Assembly: GCA_031459625.1 (NCBI GenBank)
Contig: JAVKIH010000001.1
Span: 195,175 to 242,072, forward strand
Length of the DNA: 46,898 bases
Source of the DNA: Candidatus Geohabitans tengchongensis
Lineage (GTDB): Bacteria; Sysuimicrobiota; Sysuimicrobiia; Sysuimicrobiales; Humicultoraceae
Direction: 5' to 3'
Under the pieces are notes generated by a model. The model made no database searches. It was given only the letters and a program-made list of their open reading frames with translations, and was not told the DNA's origin. This document shows, in pieces, positions 35,774-46,898 of this stretch; the first letter of the stretch is position 1; each line of letters starts with the position of its first letter. Both the position numbers and the translations under genes were made by a program.

Positions 35774-38038
35774 ATGCGGAGCGTCGGACAGCGGCTCCCC
35801 CGGGTGGACGGGCGGGAGAAGGTCACCGGGGCGGTGCAGTACACGGAGGACCTGCGGCTCCCCGGCCTCCTGCACGCCCGGCTGCTCCTCTCGCCGCACG
35901 CCCACGCCCGCATCGTGCGCCTGGATGTGGGGGCGGCGCGGCGTGTCCCCGGGGTCGTGGCGGTCCTCACCGCCCGCGACGTCCCGCAGGCCCCCGACGC
36001 CGACACGGAGGAGCACATCCTGCTGGCCGACGGCGAGGTGCGCTTCGTCGGCCACCCGGTGGCGGCGGTGCTGGCGGAGAGCGAGGCCGCGGCCGCCGAC
36101 GGCGTGGAGGCGCTGGCCCAGGCGGTGACCTACGAGCCGCTGCCGGCCGTGCTCGACCCCGAGGCGGCGCTGCGGCCGGACGCGCCGGTGGTGCGCCCGG
36201 AAGGGGTGGGCGAGGACGCCGAGGCCGGGGCGCACGCCGCGGTGGAGACGCGCCAGGTGGTGGAGGCACGGCCGCCCAACGCGGCCAATGTGGTGCGCTT
36301 CACCCGCGGCGACGTGGAGGCCGGGTTCCGCGAGGCCGAGGTGGTCGTCGAGGAGACCTTCACGACGTCGCGGGTCTACCAGGCCTACCTGGAGCCCCAG
36401 GCGGTCGTGGCCGTTCCCGACTTCCTCCACGGGGGGGTCACCCTCTACACCGCCACCCAGGGGATCTTCAACGTGCGCGAGCGCGTGGCCGACCTGCTGG
36501 GCCTGCCGGCGCAGCGCGTACGCGTCGTCCCCATGCCCGTCGGCGGCGGGTTCGGCGGGAAGATCCTGCTGATCCAGGGGCTGGCCGCACAGCTCGCCCT
36601 GGCGGTGCGCCGGCCGGTGCGGCTGGTGCTCACCCGCCGCGAGGACTTCCTGGTCGCCTGCGTGGCGCCGGCCTCCTGCATCACGGCCCGGCTGGGCGCC
36701 CGGCGGGACGGCACGCTCGTGGCGCTGGAGGCGCGGCTGCTCTTCGAGTGCGGGGCCGCCCCCGGCAGCACGGCGGGGATCGCCGCCACACTCTTCGGCG
36801 GCTACTACCGCGTACCGCACCTGCGCCTGGAGGGTTACGACGTCCTGACGCACCGCGCCCCCACGGGCGCCTACCGCGCGCCGGGGGCGCCGCAGGCCAC
36901 CTTCGCCATCGAGGGGCTGATGGACCGCCTGGCCGCAGCCCTGGGCCGCGACCCGCTGGAGCTGCGGCTGCAGAACGCCGCCGCGGGCGGCGACCCGATG
37001 CCGAGTGGCCGGCCGTGGCGCCCCATGGGGCTGCGGGCGGTGCTGCAGCGCCTGGCCGAGCACCCGCTGTGGCGGGCGCGGCGGCCCGGGCAGGGGATCG
37101 GGGCGGCCGTGGGCGGGTGGACCGGCGGCGTGGAGTCGGCGGCGGCCAACGTGAAGGCCAACCCCGACGGCACCTTCGACGTCATCGTGGGCGCGGTCGA
37201 CCTGACCGGGACCTTCACCGGGCTGGCGCAGATCGCCGCCACCATCCTCAACGTGCCGGTGGAGGCGGTGCGCGTGGTGGGTGGGGACACCGACCAGGCG
37301 CCCTATGCGGGCATGTCCGCCGGCAGCAAGACCCTCTACACGGTGGGGCAGGCGGTGCGGCTGGCGGCGGAGGACGCCCGCACGCAGATCCTGGCCATCG
37401 CCGCGAAGGAGCTGGAGGCCCGGGTGGACGACCTGGAGATCGCCGACGGCCAGGTGCAGGTGCGCGGGGCCCCGGCGCGCGGGATCGCGCTGGCGGAGGT
37501 GGCGCAGCGCTCGATGCGCTTCGGGGCCAAGTACCCGCCCATCTTCGGGCGCGGCGCCTGCGCCTCGCCCCGTCAGTCGCCGGGGTTCGCTGGGCACCTG
37601 GTGCAGGTGGAGGTCGACCGCGAGACCGGGGAGGTGCAGATGCGCCGCCACGTGGTCGTCCAGGACGTGGGCTTCGCCGTGAACCCTGCCGCGGTGGAGG
37701 GGCAGGTCTTCGGAGGAGCGGCGCAGGCGGTGGGGTGGGGGCTCTTCGAGCGCCTGGCCTACGACGAGACGGGCCAGCTCCTCGCCGCCACCTTCGCCGA
37801 CTACGCCCTGCCCCGGGCGCACCGCCTGGCCCCGCTCGAGGCGGTGCTGGTCGAGGAGGCGTCCGAGGAGGGACCGTTCGGCGCCAAAGGCGTGGGGGAG
37901 CCGCCGGTGGTGGCCGGAGCGGCCGCCATCGCCAGCGCCATCGCCGACGCCACCGGGGTGTGGGTGCGCGACCTGCCCGTCACCCCGGCGCGGCTGCTCG
38001 CCGCGCTCCGGGAGCGGGGAGCGCCGGTCAGGCGGTGA
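35774..38038 (+). CDS. Xanthine dehydrogenase family molybdopterin-binding large subunit
   Basis: KVTGAVQY, QAYLEP, VGGGFGGK, AYRAPG, GQVFGG, GAKGVGEPP; SD AGGAGGAGG. Confidence 0.92.
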   Translation: MRSVGQRLPRVDGREKVTGAVQYTEDLRLPGLLHARLLLSPHAHARIVRLDVGAARRVPGVVAVLTARDVPQAPDADTEEHILLADGEVRFVGHPVAAVLAESEAAAADGVEALAQAVTYEPLPAVLDPEAALRPDAPVVRPEGVGEDAEAGAHAAVETRQVVEARPPNAANVVRFTRGDVEAGFREAEVVVEETFTTSRVYQAYLEPQAVVAVPDFLHGGVTLYTATQGIFNVRERVADLLGLPAQRVRVVPMPVGGGFGGKILLIQGLAAQLALAVRRPVRLVLTRREDFLVACVAPASCITARLGARRDGTLVALEARLLFECGAAPGSTAGIAATLFGGYYRVPHLRLEGYDVLTHRAPTGAYRAPGAPQATFAIEGLMDRLAAALGRDPLELRLQNAAAGGDPMPSGRPWRPMGLRAVLQRLAEHPLWRARRPGQGIGAAVGGWTGGVESAAANVKANPDGTFDVIVGAVDLTGTFTGLAQIAATILNVPVEAVRVVGGDTDQAPYAGMSAGSKTLYTVGQAVRLAAEDARTQILAIAAKELEARVDDLEIADGQVQVRGAPARGIALAEVAQRSMRFGAKYPPIFGRGACASPRQSPGFAGHLVQVEVDRETGEVQMRRHVVVQDVGFAVNPAAVEGQVFGGAAQAVGWGLFERLAYDETGQLLAATFADYALPRAHRLAPLEAVLVEEASEEGPFGAKGVGEPPVVAGAAAIASAIADATGVWVRDLPVTPARLLAALRERGAPVRR

Positions 38039-38453
38039 CCTGCCGCTCTGCCTCGCGCAGGCGCGCCGAGAGCGTGCGCATGATCTGACGGGCGATCTGC
38101 GGCGCAGCCTCCAGCAGGCTCCCGAAGTCCCGCTGGCCGATGACCAGCAGGCGCATGTCGGTGAGGGCCTCCACGTCCGCCGACCGCGGGCCGCCGTCCA
38201 GCAGGCTCATCTCCCCGACGAACTCGCCGGGGCCCAGCCGGATGGTGCGCCCGCGCGGGGTCCGGACCGCCGCCGTCCCCTCCACGACGATGAAGAGCTC
38301 CCGGCCGGTCTCCCCCAGGGTGGCCAGGCGCTTCCCGGCCCGCACCTCCACCTCGTCGGCCAGCCGGGCCACCTGGTGCGCCTGGGCGCGGGAGAGGCCG
38401 CGGAAGAGGGGGACGGCCAGGATCAGGTCGACCTTGCTCGGCTTCGCGGGCAT
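38028..38453 (-). CDS. Stand-alone cyclic nucleotide-binding domain protein
   Basis: VPLFRGL, LFIVVEG, LGPGEFVGEMSLLDGGPRSADV. Confidence 0.88.
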   Translation of the reverse strand: MPAKPSKVDLILAVPLFRGLSRAQAHQVARLADEVEVRAGKRLATLGETGRELFIVVEGTAAVRTPRGRTIRLGPGEFVGEMSLLDGGPRSADVEALTDMRLLVIGQRDFGSLLEAAPQIARQIMRTLSARLREAERQVTA

Positions 38454-38827
38454 TACTTGCGACGGCGGCCGCCGCGCTTGGCCTCGGTGTTGCGCTTGAG
38501 GTCGAGGAGGCGCTCCTCGCTCTCCTTCATGAAGGCCTTGAGCTTCTCCTCGAAGGAGGTGCGGGCCCGGGCGCGGGCGGCCCGTTCCTCGGGGGAGAGG
38601 GCCTGCTTGACCGAGAGGTCGAGCTTGCCCTTCTCGTTCACCCCCAGGACCTTCACCCGGATGGTGTCCCGCTCGCGCAGGTAGTCCTTGACGTCCTTGA
38701 CGTAGGTGTCGGCGATCTCGGAGATGTGGACGAGGCCGCTCTTGCCGTCCGGCAGCTCGACGAAGGCGCCGTAGTGGGTGATCTTCACGACGGTCCCTTC
38801 GACGATGCTGCCGACCTCAATGCTCAT
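38453..38827 (-). CDS. S1 RNA-binding domain protein (YabR-like)
   Basis: MSIEVGSIVEGTVVKITHYGAFVEL...GLVHISEI...SFEEKLKAFMKESEERL. Confidence 0.92.
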   Translation of the reverse strand: MSIEVGSIVEGTVVKITHYGAFVELPDGKSGLVHISEIADTYVKDVKDYLRERDTIRVKVLGVNEKGKLDLSVKQALSPEERAARARARTSFEEKLKAFMKESEERLLDLKRNTEAKRGGRRRK

Positions 38828-38878
38828 GATCCGCGATGATGGCCTCCCCTCGACCGATTTGACCTCCAGGGCAAGCGC

Positions 38879-38908
38879 ATTATGGGCTGGGCGCCTCCGG
38901 GGTGTCAA
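38879..38908 (-). promoter_or_regulatory. Sigma70-type promoter for the S1 gene
   Basis: TTGACA (38908-38903), 18 bp spacer, CATAAT (38884-38879). Confidence 0.65.
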
Positions 38909-38941
38909 GCCAAAGGTGTACGTGCCGTCGCCGGCCGGCGG

Positions 38942-39015
38942 CGGCAGCGCGGCGCCTGCGGTCGGGGTGGCGCGCCTACCGACGACGGCAGCGCGGCGCC
39001 TGCGGTCGGGGTGGC
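38942..39015. repeat. 30-bp direct repeat, two copies, period 44
   Basis: CGGCAGCGCGGCGCCTGCGGTCGGGGTGGC at 38942-38971 and 38986-39015. Confidence 0.85.
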
Positions 39016-39023
39016 CCGCCCGT

Positions 39024-39371
39024 TCACGGCACAGCCGGCGGGGTCGGGGTGGGGCGGACGAGGATGACGGTGATCTCGCCGGGGCGGACGAGGCCCAGCT
39101 GCTCCCGGGCCAGCCGCTCGATGTACGCGGGGGAGTGGAGGCGGCGGATCTCCTCCCGCAGGTCGGCGTTGGCCCGCCGCAGCGCCGCCACCTGCCGCTC
39201 CAGGGCACGGGCCTGCCGCTTCAGCCGGTAGGTGGCGAGCAGGCTCTCCCCGAAGGCGTGGGCCGTGACGACCGCGAGCAGCAGGGCCACGACCACGCCG
39301 CCGGCGCGTGTGAGCCGCTGCCGGCCAGCGGCCGGCGCCGCGGCGGCGTGAGGAGCCGGGGCCTCAGGCAC
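39024..39371 (-). CDS. Septum formation initiator (FtsB/DivIC family)
   Basis: One TM, coiled coil, YIERLAREQLGLVRPGE. Confidence 0.88.
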   Translation of the reverse strand: MPEAPAPHAAAAPAAGRQRLTRAGGVVVALLLAVVTAHAFGESLLATYRLKRQARALERQVAALRRANADLREEIRRLHSPAYIERLAREQLGLVRPGEITVILVRPTPTPPAVP

Positions 39372-40176
39372 GCTCGACCTCCCGCCCCAGCGCCGGGACC
39401 CCCTTCCACCCCGGGGCGAGCCGCGGCCACCCCAGGATCAGCGCGACGAGCCCGAGGGCAGCACCCGCGGCAGCCAGCGCGTTCCGCAGCGACCCGATGT
39501 GGTCGAGCAGGGCGAGCTGCAACGGCCAGCGCTGCGGCAGGGTCCCCTCGGCCTGGAGGACCCGCCAGGTGACCGCCATCCGCGCCAGGTAGCGCGCCGT
39601 CTCCGGGAAGGGCGGCGGCCCCGCGTAGGTCCGGACGCGCCCCGCTCCGGCGTTGTAGGCCGCCAGCGCCAGGCGTGCGTTGCCGCCGTAGCGGTCGAGC
39701 AGGTCCCGCAGGTAGAGGGCGCCCGCCTCCAGGTTCGTGGCCGCGTCGAGGAGGCACCGGTCGACCGGCCGGGGACAGGCCAAGCGGCCGCGCAGCTCCG
39801 ACCAGGTTTCCGGCAACACCTGGGTGAGGCCGAGGGCCCCGCGCGGCGAGCGGGCGGCGGGGTCGAAACCGCTCTCCACCGCCACCAGCGCAGCCAGCAG
39901 GGCCGGGTTCACCCCGCGGCGCGTCCCCGCGGCGTTGATCCGGTCGGCATAGGGGAGGTCCCGCACCATCCGCGGCTCGTCGTTGGCCCGCTCCAGGTGG
40001 GCCAGGGCCTGCGGGAGGAGCCGCCACGTCAGGTGGGCCAGGGCCGCCGCCGCCGCGAGGGCCACCGTCCCGGCCAGCAGGCAGGCGCCGGCCAGCGGGT
40101 GGGTGAGGCCTCCGGGAAATCCGGAGCGAGACCGTGGACGGGAGCCGGGGGACCGGGCGGCGCGCGGCGTGAACAT
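39364..40176 (-). CDS. Lytic transglycosylase (SLT domain) membrane protein
   Basis: ALVAVESGF, GALGLTQ, ALAAYNAG, FPETARY; hydrophobic segments near both termini; start uncertain. Confidence 0.82.
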   Translation of the reverse strand: MFTPRAARSPGSRPRSRSGFPGGLTHPLAGACLLAGTVALAAAAALAHLTWRLLPQALAHLERANDEPRMVRDLPYADRINAAGTRRGVNPALLAALVAVESGFDPAARSPRGALGLTQVLPETWSELRGRLACPRPVDRCLLDAATNLEAGALYLRDLLDRYGGNARLALAAYNAGAGRVRTYAGPPPFPETARYLARMAVTWRVLQAEGTLPQRWPLQLALLDHIGSLRNALAAAGAALGLVALILGWPRLAPGWKGVPALGREVERA

Positions 40177-40215
40177 GGACGAAGGGACGACCGTTTCGGC
40201 TCGGCCCGCCTCCGG

Positions 40216-42586
<2,371 letters not shown>

Positions 42587-42596
42587 CGTCGCGTCC

Positions 42597-43673
42597 TCAG
42601 GAGGTGGGCCGGTCGAAGCGGCGGATGGCCGCCTGGCGGCGCTCCGCCTCCAGCCAGCGGCGGAACGCCGCCTCCTGCCGCTCCTCAACCAGGCGCGCCC
42701 GCACCTGCACCCGCGCCTCCGCGTAGGTGGCCCGCCGGGCGGGCTGCTTCTCGTGGACCAGGATCAGGTGGTAGCCGAAGGGGGTGCGCACCGGCTGGCT
42801 CACCTGTCCCGGGGGCAGGGCGAAGGCGGCGCGCTCGAACTCCGGGACCAGCGTGCCGCGGCTGACGAGTCCCAGGTGGCCGCCGGCCTCCCGGGAGCCC
42901 GGGTCGTCGGAGAAGCGCCGGGCCAGATCGGCGAAGGCCTCCCCGCGCTGGAGCCGGGCCTGGACCAGCCGGATCTTCGCCAGCGCCGCGCGCTCCTGCT
43001 GCGGGGACTCGGCGCGGGCCAGGATGTGGCTGACCCGCACCTGCTCCGGCCGGTCGTACTCGGCGCGCCGCCGCTCAAAGGCCTGCCGCACCTCCGCCTC
43101 GGTGACCTGCACGCTGGTCACGGCCGGCCGCAGCTTGCGCACGGTGAGGTTCAACCGCAGGATGCGGCGCACCTCCGGCATGGTCAGGCCGCGCTGGGCC
43201 AGGGCCGCCCGGAAGCCCTCCTCGCCGCCGAGGCGCTCGGTCACCTGCCGGACCTCCTCGGCCACCTCCGCGTCCGTGGCCACGAGCCCCCGGCGGCGCG
43301 CCGCCTGCAGGATCAGCTCCTGGTTCACCAGCTGGTCGAGCACCACCCGCTCGATCTGGCGGCGCTGCGCCCGGCCGCGCTCGCCGGAGAGGTCCAGGCC
43401 GAACTGCGCGGCCGCCTGCGCCACCTGGGCGTCCACCTGGGACCAGTAGATGGGCCGGCCGTTCACCAGCGCGGCCACGGCCACCCCTCCGCGCAGGCCG
43501 GGGAGGCGCCATCCCACCTCGCCCCCCACCGTGCGCCCCGCGATGGTGACGCGCGGCAGCGTGGCGGTCAGGTCGGCACCGAAGGTCAGGGCGTAGGCCA
43601 GCGCGGTGGCGGCGAGCAAGGCCGCGCCGAGCAGCAGGACGGTCGTCGTGCGGCGCTGCGCTGTCACGGTCAC
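42597..43673 (-). CDS. PpiC-type peptidylprolyl isomerase / SurA-PrsA foldase
   Basis: N-terminal hydrophobic signal; VSHIL, FADLARRFSDD, GGHLG, VPEFERAAF, PVRTPFGYHLI. Confidence 0.9.
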   Translation of the reverse strand: MTVTAQRRTTTVLLLGAALLAATALAYALTFGADLTATLPRVTIAGRTVGGEVGWRLPGLRGGVAVAALVNGRPIYWSQVDAQVAQAAAQFGLDLSGERGRAQRRQIERVVLDQLVNQELILQAARRRGLVATDAEVAEEVRQVTERLGGEEGFRAALAQRGLTMPEVRRILRLNLTVRKLRPAVTSVQVTEAEVRQAFERRRAEYDRPEQVRVSHILARAESPQQERAALAKIRLVQARLQRGEAFADLARRFSDDPGSREAGGHLGLVSRGTLVPEFERAAFALPPGQVSQPVRTPFGYHLILVHEKQPARRATYAEARVQVRARLVEERQEAAFRRWLEAERRQAAIRRFDRPTS

Positions 43674-43728
43674 CCCCCTCTCGTCGTGGGCGGGCGGCGC
43701 GGCGGTCGTCCGCGGCGCGGGCGCGCCC

Positions 43729-46700
43729 TCAGGCCCGGGCCAGCGCGGCGCCTTCCTGCTGCCGCACCAGGCGGGCCACCATCTCCAGGACCTCGCGGAC
43801 CTCGTCCACCTGCTGCGGGAAGGCCTCGGCGGTGGTGTGCACGGTGACCACCGCCGGGGTGACCTGCACCCGCCGCCCGTAGGCCACGCGCAGCCGCCGC
43901 TGCACCGGTTCGGGCAGGAAGGCCCCCGAGCGCAGGCGCACGGTGAAGCGGTGCCCCTCCCGCACCACCGACACCGCCCCCACCCGCCTGGCCAGCACGC
44001 GCAGGCGCACCGCCTCCAGCAGGTGACGGACCGGGACGGGGAGCGGGCCGAAACGGTCGGCCAGCTCCTCCTCCAGACGTCCCACCTCGGTGAGCGAGCC
44101 CAGGGTGGCCAGGCGACGGTAGAGGATCATGCGCTGCGCCTCGTCGGCCACGTAGTCGGGCGGCAGGTAGGCGTCGACGTGCACGTCCACGGTGGGGTCG
44201 GGCGCGTCGTCCACCAGCTCGCCCCGCAGCTCGCGGATGGCCTGGTCGAGCAGGCGCGTGTACAGCTCGAAGCCTACCGCGGCCACGTGCCCGTGCTGCT
44301 CCGGGCCCAGCAGGTTGCCGGCGCCGCGGATCTCCAGGTCGCGCATGGCCAGCTTGAATCCGGAGCCCAGCTCGACGAACTCCTGCATCGCCCGCAGCCG
44401 CGCCTCCGCCTCCGGCGTGAGCGTGGCCCCGCGCGGGTAGAGGAGGTAGCAGTAGGCCTGGTGGTCGGCCCGCCCCACGCGGCCGCGCAGCTGGTAGAGC
44501 TGCGCCAGCCCCATCAGGTGGGCGTCCTCGATGATGATGGTGTTCACCTGGGGGATGTCCAGGCCGATCTCCACGATGGTCGTGCAGACCAGCACGTCGT
44601 AGCGCCCGCCTAGGAAGTCCATCATCACGCGCTCGAGCTTCTCCTCGGGCATCTGCCCGTGCGCTACCACCACCCGCGCCTCGGGGACGAGCCGGGCCAG
44701 GCGCCGGGCCGCCCGGTCGATGGTCTGCACCCGGTTGTGGACGACGTAGACCTGCCCGCCCCGGGCCAGCTCGCGCAGGATGGCCTCGCGCACCACGGCG
44801 TCGTCCGCCTCCCGGATGACCGTGTGGATGGGCAGGCGCGCCTCCGGCGGCGTCTCCATGATGGACATGTCGCGCAGGCCCACCAGCGACATGTGCAGCG
44901 TGCGCGGGATGGGGGTGGCGGTGAGGGTGAGGACGTCCACCTGGGTGCGCAGCTGCTTCAGGCGCTCCTTGTGCTCCACCCCGAAGCGCTGCTCCTCGTC
45001 GATGATGACCAGGCCCAGGTCGTGGAAGACCACGTCCGACGAGAGGAGCCGGTGGGTGCCGATGACCACGTCCACCCGGCCCGCCGCCAGGTCGGCCAGG
45101 ATCCGCCGCTGCTGCCGCGGCGTGCGGAAGCGGCTCAGCACCTCCACCCGCACCGGGTAGGGGGCGAAGCGCTGCAGGAAGACGTTGTAGTGCTGCTGGG
45201 CCAGGATGGTCGTGGGCACCAGCACGGCCACCTGCTTGCCGTCCATCACCGCCTTGAAGGCTGCGCGCACCGCCACCTCGGTCTTCCCGTAGCCCACGTC
45301 CCCGGCGATGAGCCGGTCCATGGGGCGCTGCGACTCCATGTCGCGCTTCACGTCCTGGATGGCCTGCCACTGGTCCGGGGTCTCCTCGTAGGGGAAGGAG
45401 GCCTCCAGCTCGTACTGCCAGGGCGTGTCGGGGCCGAAGGCGTGCCCCGGCGTCGCCTGGCGGGCGGCGTAGAGCCTGAGCAGCTCCTCGGCCATCTCCC
45501 GGGTGGCCTGGCGCACGCGCTGCTTCTCCCGCTCCCAGTCCGCGCCGCCCAGGCTGTGGATGCGCGGCGCCTGGCCCTCCACGCCGATGTAGCGCTGGAT
45601 CAGGCCGAGCTGGTCGGTGGGGACGTAGAGCCGGTCCCCCTGGGCGTACTCCAGCAGCAGGTAGTCCCGGCGGTGGCCGTTGAGCTCCAGGTGGACCAGC
45701 CCGCGGTAGATGCCGATGCCGTGGTGGAGGTGGACGATGTAGTCGCCGGGGATCAGGTCGGTCCAGGAGCTGATGCGCGTCCCCTCGCGCAGGAAGCGCA
45801 GCCGGGGGCGGCGCCGCCGCCACCCCAGGATCTCGGCGTCGGTGACCAGGGCCAGGGCGCCCGGCGCCTCGCCGCCCTCCGTCTGGGCCGGGTCGAAGGT
45901 GAACCCGCGCGACAGCGGCGCCCGCAGCGCGGTGACCGTGCCCGGGGCGGGCGGGGCCTCCAGCGCCGGCAGGACCGGTACGGTGAGGCCGTGGTCCCGC
46001 AGGATCTCCGCCACCCGCTCCGGGTGGGCGCTGGCCACGACGACGCGGCGGCCGGCGGCGGTCCACTCCCCCAGGGCCCGGGCGAAGAGGTTCGTCTGCC
46101 CGCCGAAGGCCTCCATGCCGCCGAAGCGCAGGACCACCTCCTCGTAGCCCGGTTCGGCGTGGCGCAGCGTGGAGAGCGCCACCACCGGGCGTCCCCGGAG
46201 CGCCCGCTGCAGCGCCTCCCACGGGACGTACGGCGGTGGCGCCGGGGCCTCCGCGTCGGGGCGCGGCTCGCCCGCCGCGAGCGCCCGGATCTGGCCGCGC
46301 AGCTCCGGCTCCTCGTCCAGGACGATGGGGACGGCCGACGGCAGGTAGTCGAGGACGGTGGCGGCGAGCGCCTCGGGCGGCTCGGGGTCGTGCAGGGGGA
46401 GGAGGACAACCTCCTCCACCGTCCGCGTGCTGCGCTGGGTGGCCGGGTCGAACTCGCGCAGCGACTCCACCTCGTCGCCGCTCAGCTCCACCCGGTACGG
46501 CCCGCCCTGGGGCGGGAAGACGTCGACGATCCCCCCGCGCACCGCCATCTGCCCGCGCGCGTCCACGAGCGGCAGGCGCTCGTAGCCGTAGGCCGCCAGC
46601 GTGGCCACCAGCCCGTCGCGGTCCACCCGCGCCCCGCGGCGGAGGACGGTGCGGCGCGCGTGCACCACCTCGGGGGGCTGGTGCTTGCGCGCCAGGGCGG

Positions 46701-46898
46701 AGGCGGGGAGCAGCGCCAGCACCGGCTCTCCGGCCTCGAGGCGGTGGAGGAGAGCGCGGCGCTCCGCCGCGGCGACGAGCGTGGGGCGGTCGCCGTCGGC
46801 CGGCAGCGTCTCCCACACCGGGTAGAGCACCACCCGCTCCGCCGCCGCCGGCGCAAAGAGGGCCAGGTCCTCGGCCAGGCGTTCCGCCGCCTCGCGCG
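43729..46898 (-). CDS. mfd: Transcription-repair coupling factor (5' end outside the window)
   Basis: RGGIVDVF, GDVGYGKTE, DEEQRFG, TATPIPRT, QLRGRVGR, DLEIRGAGNLLG; frame open to the window edge. Confidence 0.97.
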   Translation of the reverse strand, partial: REAAERLAEDLALFAPAAAERVVLYPVWETLPADGDRPTLVAAAERRALLHRLEAGEPVLALLPASALARKHQPPEVVHARRTVLRRGARVDRDGLVATLAAYGYERLPLVDARGQMAVRGGIVDVFPPQGGPYRVELSGDEVESLREFDPATQRSTRTVEEVVLLPLHDPEPPEALAATVLDYLPSAVPIVLDEEPELRGQIRALAAGEPRPDAEAPAPPPYVPWEALQRALRGRPVVALSTLRHAEPGYEEVVLRFGGMEAFGGQTNLFARALGEWTAAGRRVVVASAHPERVAEILRDHGLTVPVLPALEAPPAPGTVTALRAPLSRGFTFDPAQTEGGEAPGALALVTDAEILGWRRRRPRLRFLREGTRISSWTDLIPGDYIVHLHHGIGIYRGLVHLELNGHRRDYLLLEYAQGDRLYVPTDQLGLIQRYIGVEGQAPRIHSLGGADWEREKQRVRQATREMAEELLRLYAARQATPGHAFGPDTPWQYELEASFPYEETPDQWQAIQDVKRDMESQRPMDRLIAGDVGYGKTEVAVRAAFKAVMDGKQVAVLVPTTILAQQHYNVFLQRFAPYPVRVEVLSRFRTPRQQRRILADLAAGRVDVVIGTHRLLSSDVVFHDLGLVIIDEEQRFGVEHKERLKQLRTQVDVLTLTATPIPRTLHMSLVGLRDMSIMETPPEARLPIHTVIREADDAVVREAILRELARGGQVYVVHNRVQTIDRAARRLARLVPEARVVVAHGQMPEEKLERVMMDFLGGRYDVLVCTTIVEIGLDIPQVNTIIIEDAHLMGLAQLYQLRGRVGRADHQAYCYLLYPRGATLTPEAEARLRAMQEFVELGSGFKLAMRDLEIRGAGNLLGPEQHGHVAAVGFELYTRLLDQAIRELRGELVDDAPDPTVDVHVDAYLPPDYVADEAQRMILYRRLATLGSLTEVGRLEEELADRFGPLPVPVRHLLEAVRLRVLARRVGAVSVVREGHRFTVRLRSGAFLPEPVQRRLRVAYGRRVQVTPAVVTVHTTAEAFPQQVDEVREVLEMVARLVRQQEGAALARA

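Noticed and set aside
35774..38038. Aerobic CO dehydrogenase CoxL
   Set aside because: Lacks the form I AYxCSFR motif (has AYRAPG) and has no coxM/coxS neighbours.
38942..39015. CRISPR mini-array
   Set aside because: Only two copies, a 14-nt spacer, and no cas genes or leader.

Overview
This is a very GC-rich, gene-dense bacterial chromosomal window, mostly housekeeping, with no transposase, integrase, prophage or CRISPR array recognised. Left to right: a truncated M3 oligoendopeptidase; a minus-strand operon of a penicillin-acylase-family gene plus fadN-fadA-fadE (beta-oxidation); a CDF transporter; a frameshifted orphan LivM-like permease; an operon of a two-domain multicopper oxidase, a ZIP transporter and a DtxR/MntR regulator with a clear promoter and operator; a structured RNA element ahead of prkA-yeaH-spoVR; SDR; DUF151 nuclease; lemA; murT-gatD; tRNA-Glu(CTC); proC; an A1-type cytochrome c oxidase operon; a regulatory cassette; GYD, small and MBL-fold genes; a heterodimeric ABC exporter; an orphan xanthine-dehydrogenase-family Mo subunit; and the minus-strand mfd-PPIase-mazG-S4-eno-SLT-ftsB-S1-cNMP cluster. 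The most notable observation is a 43-aa ORF absent from the supplied ORF track (29534-29665, minus) that looks like a secreted pro-peptide. It lies directly upstream of an XRE-HTH/TPR regulator translationally coupled to a LuxR-type HTH protein, with a perfect palindrome further upstream: a candidate RRNPP-like peptide signalling system. Second is a promoter-driven RNA with two alternative folds upstream of prkA. All functional calls come from motif recognition by eye; no searches were run.
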